From an uncultured Candidatus Binatia bacterium (GTDB lineage Bacteria; Desulfobacterota; Binatia; UBA9968; JAJDTQ01), in contig OZ243984.1 of NCBI GenBank assembly GCA_965214905.1, positions 2,518,003 through 2,582,002 on the forward strand: DNA of 64,000 nt, in the 5' to 3' direction. The translations under genes and the position numbers were made by a program. This document shows, in pieces, positions 26,325 to 36,114 of this stretch (position 1 is the stretch's first letter; the number at the start of each line of letters is the position of its first letter). Below the pieces are notes generated by a model. It saw only the letters and a program-made list of their open reading frames with translations, ran no database searches and was not told where the DNA came from.

Positions 26325-28514
26325 TTAGGCTTCCGTTTCGGTTTTCGGATGATCGGCGAGGTAGCCGAGAAGGAGTTGAGCCTTGTGAACGTCTTCCATG
26401 CGATCCGGCAGTTCGGCAACGTCGATGTGGCGTTCACGCTCGCCCATCTGACGAACAAACCAGTGAATCAATCCTGCGTCCTTACCCGAGTAGGTGTCTG
26501 CCCAGCCTTTGTACGGCCGGACGCGCTCGGCGAGGCGAGCAAGCGCCGACAGCGGATTGTCGAGGGCAAGGTTGAACAGTGAGTTTCCAAGCAACTCGGA
26601 TGGCGCTTCGACGTCGCCATTTTTTCGCTTCTGATCCGGGGTACGAACCCACTTGCAGTACTGCAGATGCAGGCCGTCGGCCAAGGCTAGCAGTCGCCCT
26701 ATCTGATAGGTCGAGTCTTGCATAAACTGATCCTTTGAATGTCCGAGTTGTTGAAGGAGAATGCCGATAAGCGAGATCGTCTTCCTGCACTGCCAACGAA
26801 CGTTGTCGCTCAGGTCTTTCCAACGACAACTGGTCTTGACACTTCCAAGGCCGACAAGAACCGGAGATGTCCGATGCAAAAGGAGCGAGAAACACAGGCA
26901 TGTCTTGTTCCGTGATATCGGCCCATCGGAAAAGAACAGGTCGTAGGCATCCGATGTGGTGACAGCACGTTGAAAGGATGAGGCGAAGCCGTTTTTGGCA
27001 TCTGATCTCCAGACACGATTAATGACTGACGTCAGGTCGAGCGGATGAGGCACAAAATGAGACTTCCAGTCGGCCTTCATTTCTTTCTTGTTAGGAAACC
27101 AGATGGAAACAGGCGGTGTGTTGGCGGCTCCAGTCTTCCATTCCTGAGCCGCGCGAATGATGTCCTGCACACGGAACTGGCGATGCAGGCTGACTTGCTT
27201 GCGTCCCTTGTCGATTTCACATAGAGTCAGAAGTCGAGCCGTCAAGTTCGGTTGTTCCTGTAATTTGCCCTCAAGGGCGTTAAGCACGGACCGTGTTCGT
27301 TCGGCAAAATCCGCATCTCCAAATCTTTGTGCCTCGCCACCGAATAGTTCGGCCAACTGTTCCTGGAAGTCTGGCGCTTGCTCCAGGTAGGCGATCAGCA
27401 GGTCGTTCCGGTTTCTGCCTGGAATTCCTCGCCATGTCAAACCTTCCTCTCTCTTCTCGTCGCCGAGGTAAAGCAGTGCGTTGTTCATTCTCTGTACGAC
27501 CGGTGTAGATGCCGGAAACTGCATGGATCCCTTCAGTCCGTAGCGACGAAGTGCCTTGATCTCGTCCGTGTTTACAGAGAAAAGCTTCACGTCACCGAGG
27601 TTTGCGACTTTGGGGGTCGGGTATTTGTCTTGCAAGAGACCTTGGTTTCCAAATGCGTCCAATTCACCCTGGTCGGATTGAGGTTTGACTGTATCGTGTC
27701 TGAGCATGAACTCGTTTATTGCCTTGCTGGTGTCCGGGTGAGCGACGGCTTTATGATTGAGATCGATCTTGGCCACATCGAAATATACGGGTTGGTTGGT
27801 GTTCTTAGCGTTCTTATCTTGCTTGGTCTTTTCCGACCAGTAGGCGTCCGAGCCCAGCTTGGCCATGCGCTTTCTCCAGTCGAGCACACCGAACAAGCCT
27901 TGTTGTATCAGGCAGAGATCCTCGCGATCAGCGGTTGCTGACGTGTGGAGAAAGGTGTCGGTCAGATTCCGGCTGAACCGATTCAGATCGAGTTCGGTGC
28001 GCCCCGCTACGTCCAGCAGTCGTGTAAAGTTGCTCAGTCCCGGTGTTGCCGTGCCAAGCATTTTTTGAAGCTCGTGAACCAACTTGACGACCGAGCGCCT
28101 GAACTGGCTGCACTGGGAGCTCGTGAACGGACGCGGCTGGGATAACTCGACCATCTTCGCAAGGGCATTGCAAATCTGCCTGGTCGGTGGGTTCTTTTCC
28201 TTCCACAAACCACAAAGCCGTTCCAAAACGGGGGTTAATCGGGTAGATGTGGATGTCGAATCAAGATGGCGAAGCGGTGTTGGGATGTTGAGTCCGGGAA
28301 AGCTGGAGCCCGATGAGCCGTGCTCCACGCGAAATAGACGGGCCGCCTTGTCACCTGGAACGAACTCCACTTCGGCTGGTCCGGCATCGTCGTTCAGTCG
28401 CACGATCAACAATTTCCTGGTTTTTGCCATCGGCTTGATACGCGGGTGTCGCGATGGCGGAACGATGCCCACTCGATCCATAGCCTGCGAGACGAGATAG
28501 AGCTCGTTAAGCAT
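26325..28514 (-). CDS. cas8c: Cas8c (Csd1-like large subunit)
   Basis: The product is 729 aa. It sits between cas5 and cas7 with the overlapping and coupled junctions typical of Cascade operons. Confidence 0.7.
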   Translation of the reverse strand: MLNELYLVSQAMDRVGIVPPSRHPRIKPMAKTRKLLIVRLNDDAGPAEVEFVPGDKAARLFRVEHGSSGSSFPGLNIPTPLRHLDSTSTSTRLTPVLERLCGLWKEKNPPTRQICNALAKMVELSQPRPFTSSQCSQFRRSVVKLVHELQKMLGTATPGLSNFTRLLDVAGRTELDLNRFSRNLTDTFLHTSATADREDLCLIQQGLFGVLDWRKRMAKLGSDAYWSEKTKQDKNAKNTNQPVYFDVAKIDLNHKAVAHPDTSKAINEFMLRHDTVKPQSDQGELDAFGNQGLLQDKYPTPKVANLGDVKLFSVNTDEIKALRRYGLKGSMQFPASTPVVQRMNNALLYLGDEKREEGLTWRGIPGRNRNDLLIAYLEQAPDFQEQLAELFGGEAQRFGDADFAERTRSVLNALEGKLQEQPNLTARLLTLCEIDKGRKQVSLHRQFRVQDIIRAAQEWKTGAANTPPVSIWFPNKKEMKADWKSHFVPHPLDLTSVINRVWRSDAKNGFASSFQRAVTTSDAYDLFFSDGPISRNKTCLCFSLLLHRTSPVLVGLGSVKTSCRWKDLSDNVRWQCRKTISLIGILLQQLGHSKDQFMQDSTYQIGRLLALADGLHLQYCKWVRTPDQKRKNGDVEAPSELLGNSLFNLALDNPLSALARLAERVRPYKGWADTYSGKDAGLIHWFVRQMGERERHIDVAELPDRMEDVHKAQLLLGYLADHPKTETEA

Positions 28515-29157
28515 AGAACAGCATTCCCTTATGGACTTTGATCCCCTGGCTGAAGCTTGGCTTTACGCGACCTTGCTGCGGGCGGTCGAATACCATGCGC
28601 AACATCGATGGCAGCTCATGACTCTCGGTCTCGCACACCCGTGTTCCCGAGCGAAACGGTCCTACGTAATCCGGGACGAATTCCTTCCATCCAAGGCAGG
28701 GCGTACAAAACCACCGGCCGTTCCCCAATCGACGGTTGAAGACATCCTGAAAGGCATGGGGCGAACATTGACCGTCCGGTGCCTTTGCTCGTTCGCCGTT
28801 TGGCCCGCGATTCCAGTCCACCTCGGCGTAGAGCCGATAGCAAACGTTCACCAGGACCATAGCGAATAACTGGAACGATGCGCGTTTTCTTCTTGCGTCA
28901 GATGCACGCAAGGGTCCTCCATAGTTGGTAACGTAATGATGAAACTGGACCGGCCGACAAATTTCTACCTTGACCGGCCTCACGTTGACGGATTTCCAAC
29001 GAAGGACGGACTCGAAGATGCCTTTCGCGGCGCTGAAGGTGGGCGCTACATAGGAAACCGGGGAGGAACCGGTATCCGGCCGGGTCCACATCGCGGTTGG
29101 GCCGGAGATTTCGAATTGGACTGCGTAGGATTTCATCGTTTCTCCATATGCATGCAT
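28507..29157 (-). CDS. cas5: Cas5 (Cas5c/Cas5d-like, type I-C)
   Basis: The 216-aa product reads …FEISGPTAMWTRPDTGSSPVSYVAPTFSAAKGIFESVLRWKSV…, matching the Cas5d N-terminal pattern. No cas6 is present in the locus. Confidence 0.75.
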   Translation of the reverse strand: MHAYGETMKSYAVQFEISGPTAMWTRPDTGSSPVSYVAPTFSAAKGIFESVLRWKSVNVRPVKVEICRPVQFHHYVTNYGGPLRASDARRKRASFQLFAMVLVNVCYRLYAEVDWNRGPNGERAKAPDGQCSPHAFQDVFNRRLGNGRWFCTPCLGWKEFVPDYVGPFRSGTRVCETESHELPSMLRMVFDRPQQGRVKPSFSQGIKVHKGMLFYA

Positions 29158-29205
29158 TTTTACCAGTCCGGTTGGAAACGCTCAACGCGCCTCTCATGAT
29201 GGCGT

Positions 29206-30120
29206 TCACGTCGGGACAGGCACCGACCCGGGGGAAGGGATCAAATGCTCGTTGAACCACTCCACGGACAGGTCCAGCAGCCGGCTGAGGTGGGGCTCCT
29301 TGTAGATGCCGTGATGGTCGACGTCGGGCATGATCACGTAGTGTTTGGGCTCGGGTGAGTTCTCGTAGAGGCCCACCTGCTCGTCGAGAGGGGTCAGGGC
29401 GTCGAGTTCGGCGGAGACGTACAGCGCCGGGCAGGTCATCTCGTGGATGGCGCTTTCGGGCTTGTACTCGATGATGGCGTCGGCGCATTCCAGGGGCATT
29501 TCCACTTCGCCTCTTTCCGGGTTGGCCGCCACGGTCTCCTTCCAGAACTCCCAGCCTTCCGGGGTGGTCTCCATGATGTGGTAGGGGTGGACGCGCCGGG
29601 ATTGGCCGCTCACGACCCGCTGGTTGCGGTCCTCTTGCAGTTCCTTCAGGAACGCCCGCCACTCCCATTCGCGGCGCAGGCAACGGAGCCAGCGCTCGCC
29701 GTTGCCTATCCCTACGACGCTGACGATGCATCGAACCCGAGCATCGACGGCGGCCGCGTAGGCCGCGTGGGCGCCGCCGAAGCTGGTGCCCCAGATGGCC
29801 AGGCGCTCGGGGTCCACCTCGTCGCGCACGCCTAGGCAAGTGAGGCCGTTGCGGATGTCCTCGATCTGCTCCAGGGGGATCAGGCGGTGGCGCGGCCCCT
29901 GGCTCTCGCCGAAGCCGCGGTAGTCGAATCGGAGCGTCACGTACCCTTCGGCGGACAAACGCGCGGCCACCTCGGGCATCAACGCCTCCTTGAGGCCGGC
30001 GTAGCCCTGGCACAGGATGACGCCGGGATGGCGTTCCGAGGCGTCGCGAGCGTCGGGGATGGAGATCACCGCGGACAGGCTGTAGCCGGGGCCGCTGTAG
30101 AAACGGACTGCTTCTTCCAT
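29206..30120 (-). CDS. alpha/beta-fold hydrolase
   Basis: A GTSFGG nucleophile elbow (GxSxG) is present, along with a downstream Asp/His. The product is 304 aa. Confidence 0.75.
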   Translation of the reverse strand: MEEAVRFYSGPGYSLSAVISIPDARDASERHPGVILCQGYAGLKEALMPEVAARLSAEGYVTLRFDYRGFGESQGPRHRLIPLEQIEDIRNGLTCLGVRDEVDPERLAIWGTSFGGAHAAYAAAVDARVRCIVSVVGIGNGERWLRCLRREWEWRAFLKELQEDRNQRVVSGQSRRVHPYHIMETTPEGWEFWKETVAANPERGEVEMPLECADAIIEYKPESAIHEMTCPALYVSAELDALTPLDEQVGLYENSPEPKHYVIMPDVDHHGIYKEPHLSRLLDLSVEWFNEHLIPSPGSVPVPT

Positions 30121-30196
30121 GATCCTGGTCCTTTCTTCCGGAAACAGCCCCGTGTCGGCTGCCTGGAATCCGTAGCCGGACGGGTCCCGCCCGATT

Positions 30197-31318
30197 TCAC
30201 CGTCGCAGCCAACGGGTGGCGCCGACGTAGATGTGCTGGGTGCCCATGTTCACTACCACGACCCGGGCCAGATGAAAGGCAATGACCGCAGGAACGCCGA
30301 TCTGCAGCGCCTGGGCGGTGATGGCCATCTCCGCCAGGCCGCCGGGCGAAGTGGCGATGATCATGGTGGCGATGGGGAGCCGGAAGACCCACGCCAGGAC
30401 CCCGGCCAGCACCATCGAGGCGGCCAGCACGAAGAACGAGTTCAGCAATGCGAACGGGATGAACAGCTTGTAGCGGGCAAAGAACGCGCGTTCGTAGCGC
30501 GCCCCGAGCACCAGGCCGAACATGAGCTGCGCAAGGTTCGTCATCCATTGCGGCACGGACGAGAGCTGGACCTCGGTCACCGTGAAAGCTGCGCCGAAGA
30601 AGATCGGCATGAGCAGATAGCCGTTGTGCATGTGCAGGCGCTCGGAGACCTCGCCCAGCACGAACCCGGCCAGCAGCCAGGGGATCAGCACGGCGACGTC
30701 CAGCGGCACTGCCGGGCGGTAGTCGCCGGTCTCCAGCGGGATGCCGCCGTAGGTCAGGGCGAACGGGATGACCAGGACGAGGATGGAGACCCGCAGGCTG
30801 TGGGCCACCGCCACCGGCGCGATCTGCGCGCCGTAGCGATGCGCCAGGTTGGCCATGGCCATGGCGCCGCCGGGGATGGACGCGAAAAACGTCGAGCGGG
30901 TCTCGACTCCGGATACCCGGCTCAGGATCACCGCCCCCAGGGCGCCGATCAGAAAAGTCGCCAGGGTCGCGAGCACGATGGGCATCCAGTTGGCGGCGAG
31001 CGCCGCCACCACCGGCGGCGTGAAGTACAGGGATATCCCCGAGCCGAGCAGCACCTGCCCCAGTTGCCGCGCGTAGGGCGGCGAATCCATGGGGACGCCC
31101 AGCAGGTTGAGCGCGGCAACGGCCACCATCGGCCCGATCATCCAGGGGATGGGCAGGTCCAGCCAGTGGCACAGGTATCCGGCGGGAATGCCGGCCGCCA
31201 GAGCGGTGAGAATGGCCGGTGCCCGCACGCGCAGGTCGTGGACGCTCCGGCGCAGCTTCGCCCGTGTGCGAGCGCTCCGGCTCGTGGACGCCGGGCTCAT
31301 GTGCGACGGCTGCGGCAC
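30197..31318 (-). CDS. AbrB-family (duplicated AbrB-type) membrane transporter
   Basis: The product is a 373-aa polytopic membrane protein with internal duplication, as in PF05145-like proteins. Confidence 0.55.
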   Translation of the reverse strand: MPQPSHMSPASTSRSARTRAKLRRSVHDLRVRAPAILTALAAGIPAGYLCHWLDLPIPWMIGPMVAVAALNLLGVPMDSPPYARQLGQVLLGSGISLYFTPPVVAALAANWMPIVLATLATFLIGALGAVILSRVSGVETRSTFFASIPGGAMAMANLAHRYGAQIAPVAVAHSLRVSILVLVIPFALTYGGIPLETGDYRPAVPLDVAVLIPWLLAGFVLGEVSERLHMHNGYLLMPIFFGAAFTVTEVQLSSVPQWMTNLAQLMFGLVLGARYERAFFARYKLFIPFALLNSFFVLAASMVLAGVLAWVFRLPIATMIIATSPGGLAEMAITAQALQIGVPAVIAFHLARVVVVNMGTQHIYVGATRWLRR

Positions 31319-31334
31319 GGGGACGCGGCGCCCG

Positions 31335-32516
31335 TCATACGATGTTTCTCTCGCGAAGGGATCGGATCTCTTGCGGGCTGTACCCCAACCCGGCGAGGGT
31401 CTCTTCGTTGTGCTCGCCCAGCGTCGGCGGCCGGAGCCGCAGCGTAATCGGGGTGTCCAGCAGGTTCAGGCCGTTGCGCACCAGCCTGAACGGACCGAAG
31501 TCGGGATGGTCCACCTCCATCAGCCGATCCAGGAACCGGACCTGCGGGTCCTCGAAGACCTCGGCGAAGTTGTTGATGGGTGCGCACGGGACGTCACGGG
31601 CGCGCAACTCCTCGAGCCAGTGCTCGCGGGGCGCCGACTGCACCACCGCGCCGAAGGTCTCGGAGATGAAGTCGTAGTTCTGCGCCCGCGCCGGCCGGTC
31701 CCTGGTGCGTTCGTCGGTCTGGAAGTCCGGCCGCCCCATGACCTCGGTGACGCCGATCCAGAACTTGGGCGGATGCGACAGGTGGATGACGAAAGGCTTG
31801 CCGTCCCCTGCCACCAGCGCGTAGACGCCGGCGGTTTTGATGCGGCTGCGCATGCTCGGCACCTCGCCGCTGAACAGGTACTGGGTCATGCCGAGCCCCA
31901 GAAAGCAGATGGTGGATTCCAGGAGCGACGTCTCCACCTTCTGGCCCGCGCCGGTGCGTTCCCGCGCGGCCAGCGCCGCCAGCACGCCGTAGCAGCCGAA
32001 GAGGCCGCCGAGATGATCGGAGAAGGCCGCCCCCGGGCCGTGGGGCTCGGCAAGGTCGGTGAGGACGCTCAAGAGCCCGCTCAGGGACTGCCCGATGGTG
32101 TCGTAGCCGGGCCGCTTCCGGTACGGGCCGTCCTGGCCGAAGGCGGAGATGGAACAGTAGATGATGCGCGGATTCGTCTCGCGCACCACGTCGTAGCCGA
32201 TGCCCAGCCGGTCCACCACTCCGGGCCGGAGGTTCTCGACGATGACGTCCGCGTCCCGGGCCAGCCGCAGGAAGACCTCCTTGCCCTCGGGCGCCTTCAT
32301 GTCCAGGGTCAGGCTCTTCTTGTTGCGGTTGAGGGCGCAGAAGCTCGGGCTGTAGTCCCTGGGCTCCTTGTCCCAGGTGCGGAACGGATCCCCCTTGCCG
32401 GGGGTCTCGATCTTGGTCACCTCCGCGCCCAGGTCGGCCAGCAGCAGCGAGGCGTAGGGGCCGGCGATGTAGTTGGTGAGGTCGAGGATCCTGATACCTT
32501 CCAGGGCTCCGGTCAT
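31335..32516 (-). CDS. CoA-transferase family III (CaiB/BaiF)
   Basis: The product begins MTGALEGIRILDLTNYIAGPYASLLLADLGAEVTKIE, the classic CaiB/BaiF N-terminus. Confidence 0.85.
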   Translation of the reverse strand: MTGALEGIRILDLTNYIAGPYASLLLADLGAEVTKIETPGKGDPFRTWDKEPRDYSPSFCALNRNKKSLTLDMKAPEGKEVFLRLARDADVIVENLRPGVVDRLGIGYDVVRETNPRIIYCSISAFGQDGPYRKRPGYDTIGQSLSGLLSVLTDLAEPHGPGAAFSDHLGGLFGCYGVLAALAARERTGAGQKVETSLLESTICFLGLGMTQYLFSGEVPSMRSRIKTAGVYALVAGDGKPFVIHLSHPPKFWIGVTEVMGRPDFQTDERTRDRPARAQNYDFISETFGAVVQSAPREHWLEELRARDVPCAPINNFAEVFEDPQVRFLDRLMEVDHPDFGPFRLVRNGLNLLDTPITLRLRPPTLGEHNEETLAGLGYSPQEIRSLRERNIV

Positions 32517-32622
32517 GGGGCGATTACCTCTCTGGCGGATACTCTCCGCTTTCGGGCAGCCGCCGAACCGACGAAGGGTTTCGAGCCGGTGACTGCCGTC
32601 GGCCTTGGGCCGAGCGCGGGCG

Positions 32623-32913
32623 TCAGCGGGTGCGGTTGTACTCGTAGTCCTCGCGCTCGGTGGCGCCGCCGCGAAGCTCGGGCCGCAACGGCGGACGCGT
32701 GGTGTTCACTTGCGCGTGAACGTCCAGCGCGGCCTGGTCGATCCAACGCTCGACCAGCACCATCTTGTCCGGGTTCACCACGCTGCGGAAAACCTCGAAC
32801 TGCTCGCACCCCGGCTCCTTCATGACTTCTTCGCAGCGCCCCCGATACGCATCGGCAAGCTCGGCGCCTTTCCCCTCGACGGCGTTGATGGTGACGATGA
32901 GTCGAACGGACAT
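32623..32913 (-). CDS. antibiotic biosynthesis monooxygenase (ABM) family protein
   Basis: The 96-aa product reads VRLIVTINAVEGKGAELADAYRGRCEEVMKEPGCEQFEVFRSV. Confidence 0.6.
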   Translation of the reverse strand: MSVRLIVTINAVEGKGAELADAYRGRCEEVMKEPGCEQFEVFRSVVNPDKMVLVERWIDQAALDVHAQVNTTRPPLRPELRGGATEREDYEYNRTR

Positions 32914-33380
32914 GTCGGTTCCTCCCCGTTGGTGTGCGTGGGCCTTCGGTTATGCAGCGTCCCGCGACACAGGGTCCCGCGACGGGACTTTCTCTGTGTA
33001 GCAGATCGGACGATGGCTCGCGAGACGGTCCCCGGTCATCGCCAGGACCATTTCACGCTGGCTGAGCATCCGCTCTGGATGGGCCGAAGCACTCTCATCC
33101 GTGCCGTCACGGCAGGCTGTGGACTCCGTGGGAGCCGCGGGTCGGCCGGATCTCGTCCGGGTCTCGCCATCCGAGCGATTGAATCCGATTTGGAACCGTA
33201 GCGTGAAATGATCCCGGTCATCGCGGCCCTCTCCTGCGTCCCGGCGCCCTCCGCCCCGACGTTCTCTCCGTCTCCCGGGTATCCCATCGAGTCCGACGTG
33301 TCCCCGTCACTACGATTCGACGTTCCCTCCGTCTCCCGGGCATCCTCTCCGTCATCCCGGACCCGGTCCGGGATCCGATG

Positions 33381-33523
33381 GGGTGTCCTGAATCAACCGT
33401 GCGGGTCCTTCAGGCCGTCGGCTGCGTGGCTCCGCCTCGCGTGGGACCGGCCGCGGCTCGTGGTCGCGCCTTGCCGACGACAAAGGTCCCGCGCATCCGG
33501 TCCACGGTTGATTCAGGACACCC
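33381..33523. mobile_element. MITE-like element copy 1 (143 bp) with 21-bp terminal inverted repeats gggtgtcctgaatcaaccgtg
   Basis: The terminal inverted repeats lie at 33381-33401 and 33503-33523. The internal roughly 70-nt GC-rich core is shared with the elements at 59471-59622 (inverted) and 58724-58880. Confidence 0.75.
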
Positions 33524-33574
33524 GCCAGGAAGGCCCGGAAGGGGTTATGAGGCGTGCTCGAACCGCCGGTGTCC

Positions 33575-34327
33575 TCACACCGGCTCCGGCATCTCGGCCA
33601 GAAGCCGTCCATAGCCGGGAATCGGCTGCCGCACGCCCAGACGCATCTGCGTCTCCCAGCAACGCGCCGGCAGTGCGTGCACCACCGGCACCCCCAGGTC
33701 CATCTCCAGCGGCTCGATGATGTCCAGCGTCTTCCAGGCGGACCCCAGCATGTAGAGGCATTCGCCCCCGGGATGCCGGGCGAACATCGCCGCGAGTTGC
33801 CGCCGGATCCCGGAGGACGGGACCTTCGGGACGTCGGCGAACGGCACGTCGATGCCCTCCATGCCCAGCACCTCGAAGCCGGCACCGGTCAGGTAGGCGC
33901 GGAAGAGAGCGTTCAACTCTTCCGGAAAGTAGCTCGCGCCCACGATCCGCCGTACCCCCAGGGTGCGGAACGCGCGCACGTGGTTCTGCCCCGAGGTTAC
34001 CATGGGGATGCCGTACCGGCTCTCCCAGGAGTCGAGGGTGGCGCGCTCGCCCTCGTAGCCCAGCAGCATGAAAGGCGGGGCGCCGATGGTGCGGATCAGG
34101 TCCGGCTTCAGCGCCGCCAGTTCGGCCACCTTGGCCTCGTAGCCCGGTATGGAGGCCCGGAACTCGGTCTGGGTTCCCCGGGTGAACTCCATGCTCAGAT
34201 GCACGAACCGGATGCTCGGCGGCAGCTTCGGGTCCAGTTCCTTGTCACCGAGCACTCCGGTCCGGTTCGTGGGCCACACCGAGCCCACCAGATACTCCGT
34301 TCTGGAACGTCGTTTTTCGTTCACCAT
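33575..34327 (-). CDS. Asp/Glu/hydantoin racemase family protein (arylmalonate decarboxylase/maleate isomerase-like)
   Basis: The product is about 250 aa. Family signature regions …IGAPPFMLLGYEGERA… and …VVHALPARCWE… are present. Confidence 0.55.
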   Translation of the reverse strand: MVNEKRRSRTEYLVGSVWPTNRTGVLGDKELDPKLPPSIRFVHLSMEFTRGTQTEFRASIPGYEAKVAELAALKPDLIRTIGAPPFMLLGYEGERATLDSWESRYGIPMVTSGQNHVRAFRTLGVRRIVGASYFPEELNALFRAYLTGAGFEVLGMEGIDVPFADVPKVPSSGIRRQLAAMFARHPGGECLYMLGSAWKTLDIIEPLEMDLGVPVVHALPARCWETQMRLGVRQPIPGYGRLLAEMPEPV

Positions 34328-34458
34328 GAGGCCCTCTGTAGAGGTAGGATTCCCCAAGGGTATCGGCCAAATTTACATGGCATAATTACATGTTACAAGA
34401 ATCGACCCCTTCCAGCCGGAGCCGCCAGCGGGTCTGCTTGCAGGGCCGGCCCCGGAGA

Positions 34459-34791
34459 CTATTTCGCGCTGACGTGGGCGCCACCGAAGGCTTCGGGGCG
34501 GTTGCCGTAGAGGAGCAGACGGCCCGTGCCCACGTTGGTGATCTGATAGTAATCCCTGGCGTCGAAGAAGACGACGTCGCCCTGCTCGATGATGCGCTCG
34601 TCCCCGTCGATCCCCTTGACACCGGCTTTGCCTTCGACCACCAGGAAGCTTTCCGGCTCCGTGTGGTAGTGCATATCGGTGTGATCACCGGGCTTGAAGT
34701 GAAGCATCCAGGTGCAGAATTTTCCGGTTCCATAGAGCCGCGTGAACCGCTGCCCTTTGTCCGCCTTCTCCGCGAGAGTCACGAATTCCAT
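34459..34791 (-). CDS. cupin domain protein
   Basis: The product contains a cupin motif, HYHTEPESFLVVEGKA…GDVVFFDA. Confidence 0.65.
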   Translation of the reverse strand: MEFVTLAEKADKGQRFTRLYGTGKFCTWMLHFKPGDHTDMHYHTEPESFLVVEGKAGVKGIDGDERIIEQGDVVFFDARDYYQITNVGTGRLLLYGNRPEAFGGAHVSAK

Positions 34792-35037
34792 GGACGCCTC
34801 CCATCTCCGAGGGTGTTTTGTCCGGCACCGGGGTATTCCAGGGTATTCCATCCAGCCCCCAAGCCATTAGCACAAAACCGTCAGGGGTAGACAGTGGCGC
34901 GCCAGGTGCTTCCCGGCCCCACCCCGTCCGGCTCCCGGGTCGAGCCCGGGAGCCGGGGAGGCTCGGGTTGCCTTGTTGCCCGGCGGCGTGATACGGGCGT
35001 TGGACAAAACCTTTCGGGAGAGAACAGGAGAGAGCTT

Positions 35038-36054
35038 ATGCGAGGCGTGATGTTCAATGGAAACCGAGTGGCCGAGATACGGGAGTTCCCCGACCCCCAT
35101 GCCGGACCCGGCGAGGCGGTGGTGAAGATCCGCGCCTCCGGCATGTGCGGCACCGATCTCCACCGGTACCGCGGGACCGTGGCCATCAACGCGATCACCG
35201 GACACGAACCGTGCGGCGTCATCGCGGAGTTGGGGGCCGGCGCCCCGGCCGGGCTTGCGGTCGGCGACCGTGTGGTCGTCCACCATTATGCCGGGTGCGG
35301 CATCTGCGAGATCTGCGCCATGGGCTTCGAGCAGGCCTGCCCCCACGGCCACGTGACCTTCGGCGGCGTGGACGCCCACGGCGCCAACGCCGACTACATC
35401 CTGGTGCCGTCGCGCCTCCTGGTTCATCTGCCCGACGAGTTGTCCTTCGAAGGCGGGGCCGCCATCTCCTGCGGCACCGGCACGGCCTGGAACGGTCTCA
35501 AGAAGATGAACGTGGCCGGCGGCGACGTGGTGGCGGTCTTCGGACAGGGGCCGGTGGGTCTGAGCGGGACCCTGTGCGCCAAAGCCATGGGCGCCCGGGT
35601 CATCGCCGTCGACGTGGTGCCGGAGCGGCTGGAACTGGCGCGCCGGTACGGCGCGGACCATGTCATCGACGCCGGCGACACCGACCCGGTGGCGGCCGTC
35701 AGGGAGTTGACCGGCGGTTTGGGATCGACCGCGGCGCTGGAGACTTCCGGCAACCCGGAAGCCCGCGGACAGATCCTCAAGGCCATGCGCACCTTCGGGC
35801 GCTGCTGTTACGTGGGCATGGGCGCCCCGTCCACCATCAACTTCAGGGACGACGTCATCTTCAAGGTGGCCACCATCTTCGGCTCCTGGACCTTCAGCAA
35901 GTCGGAGCTCATCGAGATCTGCCGTTTCATGGTGGAGGAGAAGGTGCCGCTGGACGACCTGATCACGCACCGCTTCGACCTCGACGACGCGGTCGACGCG
36001 TTCCGCATCTTCGACGGCGCGACCACCGGCAAATGCGTGTTCATGCTGGACTGA
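35038..36054 (+). CDS. zinc-dependent alcohol dehydrogenase (MDR family)
   Basis: A GMCGTDLH Zn-binding motif is present, along with a structural-Zn Cys cluster (CGICEICAMG) and a Rossmann GQGPVG. Confidence 0.85.
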   Translation: MRGVMFNGNRVAEIREFPDPHAGPGEAVVKIRASGMCGTDLHRYRGTVAINAITGHEPCGVIAELGAGAPAGLAVGDRVVVHHYAGCGICEICAMGFEQACPHGHVTFGGVDAHGANADYILVPSRLLVHLPDELSFEGGAAISCGTGTAWNGLKKMNVAGGDVVAVFGQGPVGLSGTLCAKAMGARVIAVDVVPERLELARRYGADHVIDAGDTDPVAAVRELTGGLGSTAALETSGNPEARGQILKAMRTFGRCCYVGMGAPSTINFRDDVIFKVATIFGSWTFSKSELIEICRFMVEEKVPLDDLITHRFDLDDAVDAFRIFDGATTGKCVFMLD

Positions 36055-36114
36055 CGCCGCACGAGTTCCGGCGGTCGAGGCGAACTCCGCCCTGCGCGCA
36101 AGAAGGCGTCCCGG

